A stretch of 60,501 nucleotides of DNA, counting the filler, from Hausera hauseri (taxonomy: Eukaryota), in assembly GCA_046269625.1 (NCBI GenBank). It is 10 parts of 10 records of this genome, joined end to end, with 100 filler letters (N's around TTAATTAATTAA, not from the genome) between each part and the next. Parts side by side here need not be neighbours in the genome. Positions count along the whole stretch, not along the records: positions 10,001 to 14,198 come from JBJURY010706325.1; positions 14,299 to 22,434 come from JBJURY010755430.1; positions 22,535 to 27,527 come from JBJURY010368149.1; 7 more parts are not named here. One strand, written 5' to 3'. Shown here piece by piece: positions 10,001 through 23,329 of the stretch. The notes beneath the pieces were generated by a model that saw only the letters and a program-made list of their open reading frames with translations, did not search any database and was not told the origin of the DNA. Each line of letters starts with the position of its first letter. Position 1 is the first letter of the stretch. The position numbers and the translations under genes were made by a program.

Positions 10001-12915
10001 AATGCCAAACGGAAAAATGTCTGTATCAATTGGTCTTAGTACGCTTTTAAAAGAAATAGCATTTTTCAAAGTTGACTTGGATAATATGGTGGTTAAGGCC
10101 TTGGAATATTGCGCGAAGTTGTTCCTTGTGCTGTTTGGCTAAAGACGAAACAATCACAATATCATCAATGTAAGGGTGCGCAAACGGGAAATCTGAGAGA
10201 ATTGAGTCGATATGTCGCTAAAAGGTCTGTGCGGCATTTTGCAGACCGAATGGCATAAACGGGTACTTGTAGAAGCCAAAAGGAGTAGTGACAGCGGTCT
10301 TTTGTATGTCTTCGGGTGCGACTAGTATATGATGGTATGCTTTGGCCAAATCAATGGTCGAATAAATTGTCGAATTAAGGCGATGCAAGATATTTTTGAT
10401 TAGTGGCAGGGGGTACGCATCCATAATTGTCAAGTTGTTCAACTGGCGATAATAACCGCATGGTCTAAAAGTTCCGTCCTTTTTTGTACAACATGTAAAG
10501 GTGACGACCAAGGAGATTTGGAACGGCGTACAATGCCGGAACGTTTTAGTTCAAGAAATTCGGCTTCTACGGCCTGCATACGATGAGGTGACAGTGGTCG
10601 TACCTTTTGGCGTATTGGTCGTTGATGCTGTGTAATTATGTGATGTAAAGTGCTGTTTGCAGGAGTAAACGTGCGATCTTTTTTGAGTATTCGTGGACAT
10701 AATGTGGTGACGAATTGCTGTAAAGTTGTAGGCAACTGTGAGAGATTCGGTAATGATGGTGAAACAGCCTGAATAGTATTGGATGCAATTTGTGAATTGT
10801 TTGTTGATGTGCAGTCAAGTGGTATTTGATGTAAGATGGTCGAATTGAAAATGGTGTTGGATGAAGTGATTTCGCCGAGTGAATGAACTTTCTTGACAGT
10901 ACCACAATTAGCGTCATCGAACCTAGATTGAATATCAATATTATTATTTAAGAATTTACGAAATGAATTATTGTTACAAAAATTCGGATTATATTCTGAA
11001 TTTCTCAAAATTGATCTCCGCGTCTCGATCGACTGCGCAATAGTCGAAATGCTATTGACATGCTCAGTAATGCTGCCAGTAATGCCGCTCCTCAGACATC
11101 GTTGACTGCAGTCAACCAATAAATTATAATATGATAGAAAATCGGACTCTAGAATTGCCGTCTAGACTTTAGCAACTGTGAACATCCAGTGGAAAGGTGA
11201 AGGAAATTTTGGTAAAATAAAAGATAGTTTAGCCATGCCATAAATATGCAGCGGTTGACCCGAAGAGGCGTATAAGGGCTTAATTCTGAATGGTGAATTT
11301 TTCACAGGGAAAGTTTGTATTAATAGGGAAATCGATGCATCTGTATCAATGAGGAAATCGACGGATTGCGTTGTAGAAGCGGCGATTGCAGCCTTTAGAG
11401 TAAAGATAGCGAAAGAGGCGTGTCGGCATTTAGAAAGTGTAGCAGTGCCTTTACCAGAATTTGCCGTAACTTCTGGCGACAAATATAGCTTTTTGAAAAG
11501 GTGAACTAAGACGACTATTAAAAGGAAAGGTAGTACGTCCGTCGTTTGTACCTGTTTTGAAAGTGCAACCTGGAATGCATTTACGAGCAAGGTTTTTAAA
11601 CTTTTTATTGTAGATGCAAACGACAGTGTCTGAAAAAAAATTATTATTATAAAATTTGCACCCCAGACATCATTTTTTGGCATTTTTATTGAATTTGCTG
11701 TGTTAGTAGCAGATAGACGACCGCGCAGGCGATGGTGACCGGTTTCCAGACGCATAATGGGCGCGGTCAGCAGCAAAATTCCTTTGCCGGGACAGGGAAA
11801 GTTCGTTTATTTTGTTGTTTATATTGTTAATTGTTGCTTTTAGTGCTGTATTTTCGGCACGTAACTGATTTAGTTGTTGTTCTATTGATGTGTTATTGCT
11901 TTGAATATTGTTAGCGGCAACTGCCACCGAAACAATTGGTGGGGAGTTTATGTGTAGAACGTCGTGTGTTTTGTTGGCTAATTCGGCCAATTTCTGAAGA
12001 GCCGTGGAGTCCTCTACCACGGTAAGTAGGGCCCGAATTTGGATGCGTAACGTGTTGAGGAAGTAGTGGCGCAGTAGTTCTGGGTTGTGTTCTTTAGTGA
12101 CGAAGAGAGTGTGCAGATGTGTCAAAGAAGTGCGTAAAAATCTGATGGTTGTTGTGTGCCTATAGCATTGTCGTAAAAGAAGCGTTGTATGATAGTGTCC
12201 ATTGAGGGCTCTGTGATTTTAAGAAGAGCGTTAAAAAGTTGTGGATAATGATCAGGAAGTTCAAACATTTCAAGGATGTTGTGAATTCGTGTTTTCATAT
12301 TGTTAGGGAGTAATAAGAGAAGGTTGTGTGCTTTAGTTAAAGAATCGGTAACGTTGTTTGCCTGTAGCCACAGTTGGTGGAATTGCAACAAAGTTTTGCT
12401 GGAGCCTTGGTTGTCGATGAAGAATTCAGTGTAGTGAGGGAAAGGAACAAAAGAAGTAGGGTTTGAAGTGTTATTATCAGAAGTAGTAGTGGAATTTTGT
12501 AGTATAATGGGCTTTGGTTTCTTGATGAGTTTATCCATGATGCCTATGGTTGGCGTTGAATTTATGCCACCACGGATGCGAAAGTGTATATGGAGATGGA
12601 TATGAGGCGAAGAAGGATTTAGGATCCCACAGATAGGTACGTTAGAGCCGTTGTGCGTGATGTAGAAGTCAAATGAACAGATGAAGGCGCAGACGATGTT
12701 ATAAATTTGTGTGTTGTTTATTTGCGATGTCTTGATGGTGTAAATATGTAAGTTATTTAAGAAAAAGGAAAATGGAAAATGGGGTTGGTGTGTAGCCAGG
12801 AGCGCTATGCAAGATCCCCACGAACAGTGCCGTCCGACCCAATGACTTAAGGCGGGTGGCCGGAAATTCAGCGCCGCCGCGTTAAAACCGAAACTTCGGG
12901 GTGGTCGACTCTTCC
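10001..12915 (-). mobile_element. Same Ty3/Gypsy family, 5' half (leader, Ubl-Gag, protease, RT), degenerate
   Basis: Gag 11703-12538 homologous to the other copies (LLRHYFLN..IRALLTVVEDS..KLAELA); FLIDTDAS protease; RT 10218-10511; GC-rich leader 12780-12915 collinear with 37590-37720. Confidence 0.93.
12566..12780 (-). other. Ubiquitin-like domain in frame with Gag (..DFYITHNG..HLHIHFRIRGG|INS)
   Basis: Manual translation upstream of ORF 12122-12538 is open and ends in a ubiquitin-type RIRGG. Confidence 0.75.
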
Positions 12916-13759
12916 TTTTCGAGTTCCGTCATTACAACGCCATTTTGTACTATTTCCTTAGAGACATATATCGTTTTTATATTCAAATAATTGGAATGAT
13001 AATTCGGCTGGGTCTCCAGTTTGAAATTTGCATATTTTTTCAGTGGAATAAACTTTATAACGCTCGTTTCTTTAACGATACACTTGTCACCTGATTGTAT
13101 CCAAGAATTCATGATTGTAGTTTTCCCCTCATTTTTCCAAATCGATTTAATATCAATGGTTTTGAACGTCATCTCCGGTAATTTGCTTTTAATCTGATAA
13201 TTTCGTGGACTGAATAAAGCATCATGTGAACAGATCAGATTTGAGTCTTTTTCAATTGATAAACGATTTGTAGAAGAACTTTTGACTAGAAACAAATTCA
13301 TTCACAACTTTGATTGATGGTAGTTCCAGAATTTTGGAAAATCCATTTAGATCTTCTTTTTTATAAAATCCATTAATCGCCATTTGTAAAGCTTTTCAGA
13401 ACTTGTATTGAACGTCAAGATTTCCCATAACATTACCATTTTTCTGTTGAACTGACTATATGGTTCTCATGTTTTACAATGACTATGGTCGATAGCAGTT
13501 CAATGTCAGCGTTAACTCGTCCGTTTGATACATCTTCTAGATAGATTTTTAGACCGATTTTCAATTTCCTTGGTAAATTTTTAATCACCGGTAGTTTGAT
13601 CATTAGATTTGATTCGTAATTTAAATTTGATATTTGTAATTGGACACTGTTTATTGACAGCGTGTGAAAGTTACACAAACCTTCAAGATCGAACTCAAAT
13701 TTTCTCACGTCAACTTCTTTAAGATTCCAAGGCGACAGGATTTCAAATCGGAATTCCAT
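12882..13759 (-). pseudogene. Unknown protein fragments (two ORFs, different frames) abutting the Gypsy leader
   Basis: ORFs 12882-13301 and 13433-13759 with protein-like composition; no recognisable motif. Confidence 0.25.
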
Positions 13760-14418
13760 TTACCATAATCCAACGAGAAAGCCAACGTAAATCGTCGATT
13801 GAAAAGTCTTGAATTTGGTGTATCAAATTCTATTTCGAAAAAACTGTTATAACACGTTGTATCGTCCATTACAACATGAGGCACGATTGATGAGACTCCT
13901 TTGAAAACATATCCGGTTTGTGTATACTCTTTTTATATTGTTATTCCGTTGGATTCGAATTTTGGGATCGAAAATAGGTAATTCTCCAAGTGATTGCTTT
14001 GCAATTTATATCTGACAAAAACTTTTGTATGCGGGCAGGAACAGAAATTTGGCAAACCAAATAAAAAGATAAAATCAACAATGTGTCAATTCACAATAAC
14101 ATGACGCAAAAGGAGAATACGATTGTGATTAAAAACGGTTACAAAAATATTATAAAAAAATCCAGCCGGACTACGCACAAATACCAGTATTACCTTATNN
14201 NNNNNNNNNNNNNNNNNNNNNNNNNNNNNNNNNNNNNNNNNNTTAATTAATTAANNNNNNNNNNNNNNNNNNNNNNNNNNNNNNNNNNNNNNNNNNNNTC
14301 TTGGAAAGCTTCAATATCTATAAATGCTGTCGCCATTACTCAATATTTATGCGTAGAATCATTATTTGTTTATAACACAAACGAAACAATTAACTATTAT
14401 TATTATCATAACAAATCA

Positions 14419-14883
14419 TTAAACATAGGTGGTTTTGTCCATATCACCAAACCCGAATTCTTTGCGTTCATTTCGTGTCGATTCATTGACACAAAACAGT
14501 CCCCATTGTTCCGGCGACAGTACACTGAATTCCGCCTCTTCACAGAGAAGAAAAACGATTTGTGCGATTGCACTGCCTTTCGAAAAAGCATACGGTTCCC
14601 CGAATTGATTTGCCAGCAACATCTTAATTTCACCACGAAAATCGGAGTCAATGACACCGCCCACAACCGTCAGTGCGAGCTTTGCCAATCCGCTTTTCGA
14701 TAAAAGTTGACCGTAGTAACAGGGTAGAATCGCCAATCAAATCCCATTCGTTATGCATTTGATAGTGCTGTACGGAATTGTCGTATTGACATTGAAAAAC
14801 ACATCGTAGCTTGCACTGTTTGTTGTAGCACGTCTTGGTACCAAGGCATTTTCGTCTGGTAAGATAAACTTTACATCACTCAT
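14419..14883 (-). pseudogene. dut: Trimeric dUTPase, intronless, one in-frame TGA (14737-14739)
   Basis: Motifs ASYDV, SKSGLA, GVIDSDFRGE, AIAQIV, R..FG in one frame from ATG 14883. Confidence 0.92.
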
Positions 14884-14989
14884 TGTATTTATTCCTACGC
14901 CAATAATAAAATTACACGTATATTTATACACGTTAATTGGGTTGATGAAAGAAAAACGGTAAGAGAAAATTTATTGATAATTAAAATGT

Positions 14990-17900
14990 AGAACGTACGA
15001 AAGAACGAATGAACGAATGAACGAAAGAGAGAATGACAGAACAATGTAGGAAACCAAGGAACGAAAGAAAGAACGAAATAACAAATGAAAGAATAAAAAG
15101 AGAAAGGAAGAAACGAAAGAATGGTAGAAGGAGCGAAAGAAAGAATGAAGGAACGAATGAGGGAACGAAAAGACGAAGGAATGAACAAATGAGTGAACGA
15201 AGGAACTAAGGAAGGAAGGAACGAACGGAAAAACGAACGAATGAAAGAACAAAAGAACGAAAGAACGAATGAATGATCGAATAAAATAACAAATGAAGGA
15301 ACGAAACAAAGAAGGAAGGAAGAAAGGAATGAGTGAACGAACGAACATAGGAAAGAACGAACGAAAGAATAAAGGAATGATCGACGAAATAAAAGAACGA
15401 TGTAACGAACCCAGGGACGAAAGGAAGAACAAATTATCGAATGACCGAACGAAAGAACGAATAAATGAATGAACGAAAGAAGAAACGAACCAAAGAATGA
15501 AGCAAGGAATGAAGGAATAAACGAGCGAAGGAATGAACGAACGAAAGAAAGAACGAACGAAAGAACAAACGAAAGAATCAACAAACGGATGATCGAGCGA
15601 AATAACGAGCGATCGAACGGAAGAACGAACGAATAAACAAAGTAACGAACGAATAAAAGAAGGAGTGAACGAACGATCGAACGAACGAACTATAGAATGA
15701 AAGAAGGACAGAACGAGGTAACGAACCAAGGAATGATAAAAAGAACAAAATAACCAATGACCTAACGAAAGGCCGAATGAAGAAACGAAGGAATGACGGA
15801 AAGAAGGAAAGAAAGAACAAACGAAGGAACCAATGAAAGAAGTAAAGAATGAAAAATAGAAAGAAGGAACGAAAGAATAAACGAACGAATGAATGATCGA
15901 ACGATCGAACGAATGAACGATCGAATGATAAAAAGACAGAACGATGTAACAAACCAAGGAACGATAGAAAGAACAAAATAACGAATGAAAGAAGGAAAGA
16001 AAGAACGACGAAAGGAAGAAATGACGGAAGATACGAAAGAAAGAACGAACGAATGAATGAACGAACGAACGAACGAAGGACAGAATGAAAGAATGAAAGA
16101 AGGAAAGAATGCACGATCGAATGAATGAAGGAACGAATCAAAGAAGGAAGGACGGAAGGAATAAGTGAACGAACGAACGGAGGAAAGAAGGAACGCAGGA
16201 ATGAAGGAACGACCGACCGAATGAAAGAACGATCGAACGAACGAAAGAATGAAGGAACGATAGAGAGAACCAACGAGCGAAGGACTGAAGGAAGGAGAGA
16301 ACGAAGGAACTAACGAAGGAACCAAAGACAGAAAGAATGAAGTAAGAACAGAATGAAAGAATGAAAAAATGAAGGGATGAAAGAACGATCGAACGAACAA
16401 AAGAACGAAGGAACAAATGAACCAACGAATGGATGAAGGAACGAACAAACAAATGGTAGAATGACCGACCGATGTACCGAACTAAGAACGAAAGAAAGAA
16501 CGAACTAACGAATGACCAAACTACAGAATGAAAGAAGAAACGAAGAAATGACGGAAAGAACAAAAGAAAGAACGAAAGAATTAATAAAAAAGAACGAAAT
16601 AAAGAATGAAGAAAGGAACGGAGGAACGAAAGAAGGAAAAAACGAACGAAAGAAGGAACGTGCGAACCAACGACCGATCGAAGAAACGAAAGAAAGAACT
16701 ACGTAGCGAACGAAGAAACAAAATAAGTAACGATTTATCGAACGAAAGAAATAATGAAGAAGCGAAGGAATGACTGAACGAACGAAAGGAAGAACGAACG
16801 AAAGGAAGAACGAACAAAAGAAAGAACGAACAAGTAAACAAAGGAATCACGGAAAGAACGAAAGAAAGAAAGAACGAATGAATGAAAGAACGAAAGAATG
16901 AAAGACCTAACGAAGGATCAAACGAACGAACTAACGAAAAAATGAAGGAAGGAACGAACGAACGAACGAACGACTGAACGAAAGAAAGAAGGTACATGCG
17001 GCCGAACGAAGGAACAAACGAGCGATCAAACGACAAAATGAAAGAACGATGTATCAAACCAAGGAACGAAAGAAAGAACAAAATAACGAATGACCGAACA
17101 AAAAAACGAGCAAAGAGAGGAAGGAATGAGGGAAGGAACGAAAGAAAGAACCAACGAATGAATTAAAGAAAGAACAAAAGAAAGAATAAAGGAATTAACA
17201 AAGAAACAAAAGACTGAATGAATGAAAGAACGAGGGAATGATGGAACTATCAAAGGAACCAACAAACGAACGAAAGAAAGAACTAACGAAAGAAGGAAAG
17301 AACAAATGAACGAAAGAGACAGTGATAGAACGATGTATCGAAAGAAGGAACGAAAGAAAAAACGAAATAACGTATGACCAAACGAAAGCGAAAGTAGTAA
17401 CGAATGAACGAACGAATTAAAGAAAGAATGAAGGAAAGAACCAAAGAATGAAGGAACGAACGACTAAATGAAAGAGTGAACGAAGGAAGGAAAGATCTAA
17501 CAAACGAATGGAAGAAAGTATTGAGGAACGACGCAGCGAATGAACGAAAGACTGAATGAACGAAAGAACAAAAGAATTAACGAGCGATCGAATGAACGAA
17601 CGAAGGAAAGAACAAACGAAGAAAGAAAGGAACGAACGAATGACCTAATGAAGGAACGAACGAAAGAAGGAATGAAAGAACGAAAAAACGAACGAAAGAA
17701 CGAAAAAAAGGAGGACCGGAAGAAAAAAGGAAAGGAGGAACAAAGAAAGGAACGAAAGAAGGCCGAAAGATGAAACGAACGAACGAACAAATGAAAGATC
17801 GAACAGACAAACGAACGAAGGAAAGAGTGAATGAAAGAAATAACGAGCTAACGGACGAAAGAACAAAGGAAAGAAAGAACGAAAGAACTAAAAAAATAAG

Positions 17901-20900
17901 GAACCAACGAAACAAAGAACGAAAGAAGGACTGAAAGAAGAAAGGAACGAACAAACGAACGAAGGAACGAAAGAAGTACTGAAAGAAGAAACGAGCGAAC
18001 GAACGAAAGAACGAAGGATTGAAGGAACGGGCGATCGTACGAACGAAAGAACTAGGAAGGAAGGAAGGAAAGAACAAATTAAAAACCGAACAGAAGAATG
18101 AACGAACGAATGCAAGAGCGAATAAGCGAACAATCGACCGAAGGATTGAAAAAAAGAACGAAATAATTAAAGAGACCCTAAAAGGGAGGAAAGAGAAAAC
18201 GAAGAAATGAACCAACGAGCGAACGAGGGAATGATCTATCCAACGAAAGGATGAAAGAACAAATGAAAGAAAAAATGAACGAACGAAGAGATAAACGAAA
18301 GTACGAACGAACAAACGAACGAAGGAACAAAGGAAGGAACGAATGAACGAAGGAAAGAATGATCTAATGAAGGAAAGAAAGAAACATCGACCGAACAAAC
18401 GAAGGAATGAAAGAAGGACCGAAAGAAGAAAGGAACAAACGAACGAAAGAACGAACGAAAGATAGATCGAAAGAAGAATCGAACGAACGAGAGAAGGAAC
18501 AAATGAAAGATCGAAAAGACGAACGAAAGAACGAAAAGAGGAGGAAACCACCGAACGAACGACCGAACGATTGAACGAAAGAACGAAAGAATTAACGAGT
18601 TATCGAAGAAAAATTCGAGGGAACAAAGGAAAGAACAAAGAAATGAACGAGCGAAAGAATGAACGAACGAATGATTGAATGAAAGAGTGAAGGAACAAAC
18701 TAAGGAACGAATGAAGGAAGGAATAGATGAACAAATGATTAAACAAAAGATCGAAGGAAGAAAAAAAATAAGGAACGGGCGATCGGAACAACGGACGAAC
18801 GAGGAATGAAGGAAGGAAAGAACGAAAAAACGAAAGGACGAAAGAAAGAACGAAAGAAATAATGAGCGATAAAAGGAAGGAAGGAGGGAACAAAGGAACG
18901 AAGAAGGAAAGAACAAATTAAAGATCAAACAGAAGAATGAACGAACGAATGGAAGAGCGAATAAGCGAACAATCGACCGAAGGATTGAAAAAAAGAACGA
19001 AATAATTAACGAGCGATAAAAGGAAGGAAGGAGCGAACGAAGAAATGAACCAATGAGCGAAAGAGGAAATGATCTATCCAAGGAAAGGACGAAAGAACAA
19101 ATGAAAGAAAGAATGAACGAATGAAGGAACAAAGCAACGAAAGAACGAAGGAAGGAACGAGTGATCTAACAAAGGAAAGAAAGAACAAACGAACGAAAGA
19201 AGGACCGACAGAAGATTCGAACGAAAGAGCGAAGGAACAAATGAAAGATCGAACATGCGAACGAGCGAACCAATAAAAGAGCAAACCAGCGACCGAACGA
19301 CCGAGTGATTGAACAAAAGAACGAAAGAATTAACGAGTGATCGAAGGAAGAACGATGGAACGAACGAATGAACAAAGGAATGAACGAGCGAATGTATGAC
19401 CGAACGAATTATTGAACGAAAGAGTGAAGGAACAAACTAAGGAAAGAACGAAGGAAGAAACGAATTAAGGAACGGGCGATCGAACGAACGAACGAACGAG
19501 GAACGAAGTAAAAAAAGAACGAAAGAACGAAAGGACGAATAAACGAACGAACGAATAAAAGAACAAAATAACCAAGAAACGAACGACAGAACGAACGAAC
19601 AAACGAGCGGACGAAGGAACGAACGAAAGAACGAAAGAAAGAAGGAAAGAACGAAGGAACGAACGAAGGAAAGAACGAAAAAACGAAAGGACGAAAGAAA
19701 GAACGAAAGAAATAATGAGCGATAAAAGGAAGGAAGGAGCGAACGAAGGAACGAAGAAGGAAAGAACAAATTAAAGATCAAACAGAAGAATGAACGAACG
19801 AATGGAAGAGCGAATAAGCGAANNNNNNNNNNNNNNNNNNNNNNNNNNNNNNNNNNNNNNNNNNNNNNNNNNNNNNNNNNNNNNNNNNNNNNNNNNNNNN
19901 NNNNNNNNNNNNNNNNNNNNNNTTGAAAAAAAGAACGAAATAATTAACGAGCGATAAAAGGAAGGAAGGAGCGAACGAAGAAATGAACCAATGAGCGAAG
20001 GAGAAAATGATCTATCCAACGAAAGGACGAAAGAACAAATGAAAGAAAGAATGAGTGAATGAAGGAACAAAGCAACGAATGATCTAGCGAAGGAAAGAAA
20101 AAAGAACGAAGGAACAAACGAACGACCGAAAGAAGGACCGAAAGAAGAATCAAACGATCAAACAAAGGAGCGGACGAATCAAGGAAAGCACGAGCGAAAG
20201 AAAGAAAGAACGAAGGAAGGAACAAAGGAATGAAGGAAAGATCGAAAGAACGAACGAAAGAACGAAGGAACGAACGGACGAATGCATGATCGATGGAACG
20301 GAGGAATGATCGAATAAACGAATGGTTGAGCGAAAAAACAAACCAATGAACAACCGAACGAATGAACTAACGGACGAACGATAAAAGCAATAAAGGAAAG
20401 AAAGAACGAGCGATAGAAAGAACGAACGAATGAGCAATTGAAATAACAAAGGAATGACGGAATGAACGAACGAACCGGACGAAGGAACGAACGCAGGATC
20501 GGGCGAACGAAAGAAACAAAGAACTAACGGCCGAACGAATAAATGAATAAATGAGCTAATGGACGGACAAAGGAACGAACGAATGAACGAATGAACTAAC
20601 GAAGAAACGATGGAATGAAAAAATGAATGAACTAAAGAACAAACGAACGAACTATCGAAAGAACGAACGAATGAACGAATTAACGAAAATATGAACAAAC
20701 AAGAGGAAGAAGGAAGGAAGGAACGAACGACGGAACGAAGGAACGAATGATGGAAAAAATGGAGCAACGAACGAACGAAAGAATGAACGAACGACTGAAC
20801 GAATGAGCGATCGAAGGAACGCAGGAACGAACGAATGAACGAATGATTAAGCGAAAGAAGGAAGGAACGAACGAAAGAAGGAACGAGCGGAGGAACGAAC

Positions 20901-21699
20901 AAACGGACGATCGAAGGGTCAAACAAATGAACGAATGAACCAACGTAGAAAGAAAGGAATAAACGAATGAACTATCGAAAGAACAAACAAATGAACGAAT
21001 TAACGAAAGGATAAAGGAACGAAAGGACGAAGGAAGGAAGGAACAAACGAACGAACGAACGAACGAAGGAACGAATGAACGAAAGAATGAAGCAACGAAC
21101 GAACGAAAGAGCGAACAAACGAACTATAAAAGCAATAAAGGAACGAAAGAACGAACGATGGAAAGAACGAACGAACGAGCGATCGAAATAACAAATGAAT
21201 GACGGAATGAACGAACGAACCGGACGAAGGAACAAACGCAGGATCGGGCGAACGAAAGAAAGAAAGAACTAACGGCCGAACGAACAAATGAATGAATGAG
21301 CTAATGGACGGACGAAGGAACGAACGAAGGAACGAACGGAAGGCGAACAAATGAACGAAAGAACGAACAAACGAACCACAGAAGCAATTATGGAAACAAC
21401 GAAGGAATGGTCGAAGGAATGAAGGAAGGAGCTATTTAAAGAACGAAGGAAGAACCGCATGAACGAGCGAATGGACAAACGAAAGATTGAACAAATGAAA
21501 TAACGAAAGAAATAACGGGTGATCGAACGAAGGAACAAAAGAATGAAGGAATGAACAAATGAACGATCGATCGAATTATCTAACTAACGAACGAACGAAA
21601 GAATGAATGAACGAAAGAACCAACGAACGTACGAATGAAGAAACGGACGAACGAAAAAATGAACGATCGAACGATTGAACGAACAACCGAACGAACGAG
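14990..21699 (+). repeat. ~6.7-kb degenerate purine-rich (GAAC/GAAA/GAAT/GAAG)n satellite with higher-order repeats
   Basis: Continuous GAAN tetramers; block at ~18065 repeated at ~18905 and ~19757; block ~20440 repeated ~21190; ACGATGTA-containing unit recurring 15040-17340. Confidence 0.97.
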
Positions 21700-21932
21700 C
21701 TGACTGCACCCATAGCATACTATGGGTTTCGTTTCCGGACAATTCCTGTTAATGTGCCTTTCTTTCCGCAACCAAAACATCTTGGTGCTTTTTGGAGGTT
21801 GAATGTCCTGCTTGTATGCCCGTTCTTCTGGCACGACCAGCATTTCATCCTATTCTTTGCCTGTGTATTTTGCAGTTTGATATCCCTCCTTTCCTGTCTT
21901 GGTTTGTCACGTTTCTGCATTGCCACATCCAT
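21700..21932 (-). pseudogene. Gag C-terminus with three CCHC zinc knuckles (different Gypsy family), cut by the satellite
   Basis: CWSCQKNGH..CFGCGKKGH..NC..CYGC; homologous to 44832-44990. Confidence 0.8.
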
Positions 21933-22080
21933 TTTTTCATAATAGACATTTTAACATGGTTATTTATACCAGAAATCCGAAAATAGAGGTACCTTTTGGG
22001 GTCATTTTTTCTCCTGTGGGTCGATTTTTGTCCCTAGGGGTCAGTTTTGGGGGAGTTTTGGGGTCTTTGTTCGGTGGTAG

Positions 22081-22290
22081 AAATAGTGAAACCCCTATGA
22101 GACCAAATTACCTTTGTTCTCTGGGGTTGTACCGAATACTGCTCTCTGATAGGTCAGTTTCCTTCACACACCCCCGATGACGCGTCCTCCTCTCATTGGC
22201 CAGTTTCTTTACTACCGATGACGTGTTTAACTCTGATTGGTTACTTTCTTTCCCTGAAGGGTGTTGGCCTCATGTCTTCACATCCTGCTA
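22081..22290 (+). repeat. Dispersed ~200-bp repeat with several ATTGG (CCAAT-box-like) motifs; second copy 22967-23165
   Basis: Shared AATAGTGAAACCC..TACCGAATACTGCTCTCTGAT..GTCCTCCTCTCATTGGCC..TTCCCTG in two separate contigs. Confidence 0.8.
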
Positions 22291-23329
22291 CTAAAGGATA
22301 AGAATGATGAGGGATGTGTGTCAGAATGATAAAAATGCATAAACGCTGATTGATAAGATTTATGTTTAATGTTATGGGCTCAGTTCAATCTATTCCAAAT
22401 TTCACATTGAATATTCAATCCAGTTGTTGTGTTGNNNNNNNNNNNNNNNNNNNNNNNNNNNNNNNNNNNNNNNNNNNNTTAATTAATTAANNNNNNNNNN
22501 NNNNNNNNNNNNNNNNNNNNNNNNNNNNNNNNNNTTATTTAGCAAAGTCATTAATTATATTGTTCAGCTCCTTATGACTGTTTTCTAATTCATTCACCAT
22601 TCTGATTAATTTCTTAATTATCGGACTACAATAAGCAATCTGCTTCATATTACCTTTAATAGAATCTCCGGTGATACATACGCTAAATCATCTGTTGTAG
22701 TAAACAGTGCCTGCAATTCATGTAATCCTTGCTGAATATCTTCCTGTTTCAATTTAATCACTGCTGCATAAACTGTCATTTTCAACTTAAATGATGCCAA
22801 CATATCTGGTTGAGACATTTTTTCACAAGTGACATTTTCACAAGGGTATTTATATCAACTTTGCAAATTTTAAACAAAAATTTTTGGAGCAAACCGATCA
22901 ATCAGATTATACCAAGTGGGTGGGAATAGTGAAACCACGATCAAGCCACTTTGTTCTTAGGGGTGGCAATAGTGAAACCCAATCTGCGCCAGAAATTCCT
23001 TTGTCTACCGAATACTGCTCTCTGATTGGTCAGTTTTTCTTTCCCTCCCCCCCGAGGACGTGTCCTCCTCTCATTGGCCTGTTTTCCCATCTCTGATAGC
23101 GTATTCTCGTCTCATTGGTTTCCTTCCTTCCCTGGAAGGTGGCGCAGAGATGCCACATCTACCTACTCTCGTATGTCAACTTCATACACATGTACTTTAT
23201 ATACATTAATAAAAAAATCCATTTTTACGTTTTCTGAGATGCGCTGAATAGTTATTAGGTAGTTTAGTTATACTGTATACTGTAAAGTTGCACCTTTAGT
23301 ATCATTTTAGTGACGGTAAGTTTTAATGA

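Noticed and set aside
14895-21538. Dozens of long S/F/V/R-rich (minus) and K/E/R-rich (plus) ORFs
   Set aside because: Translation artefacts of the (TTCN)n/(GAAN)n satellite; open in several frames at once
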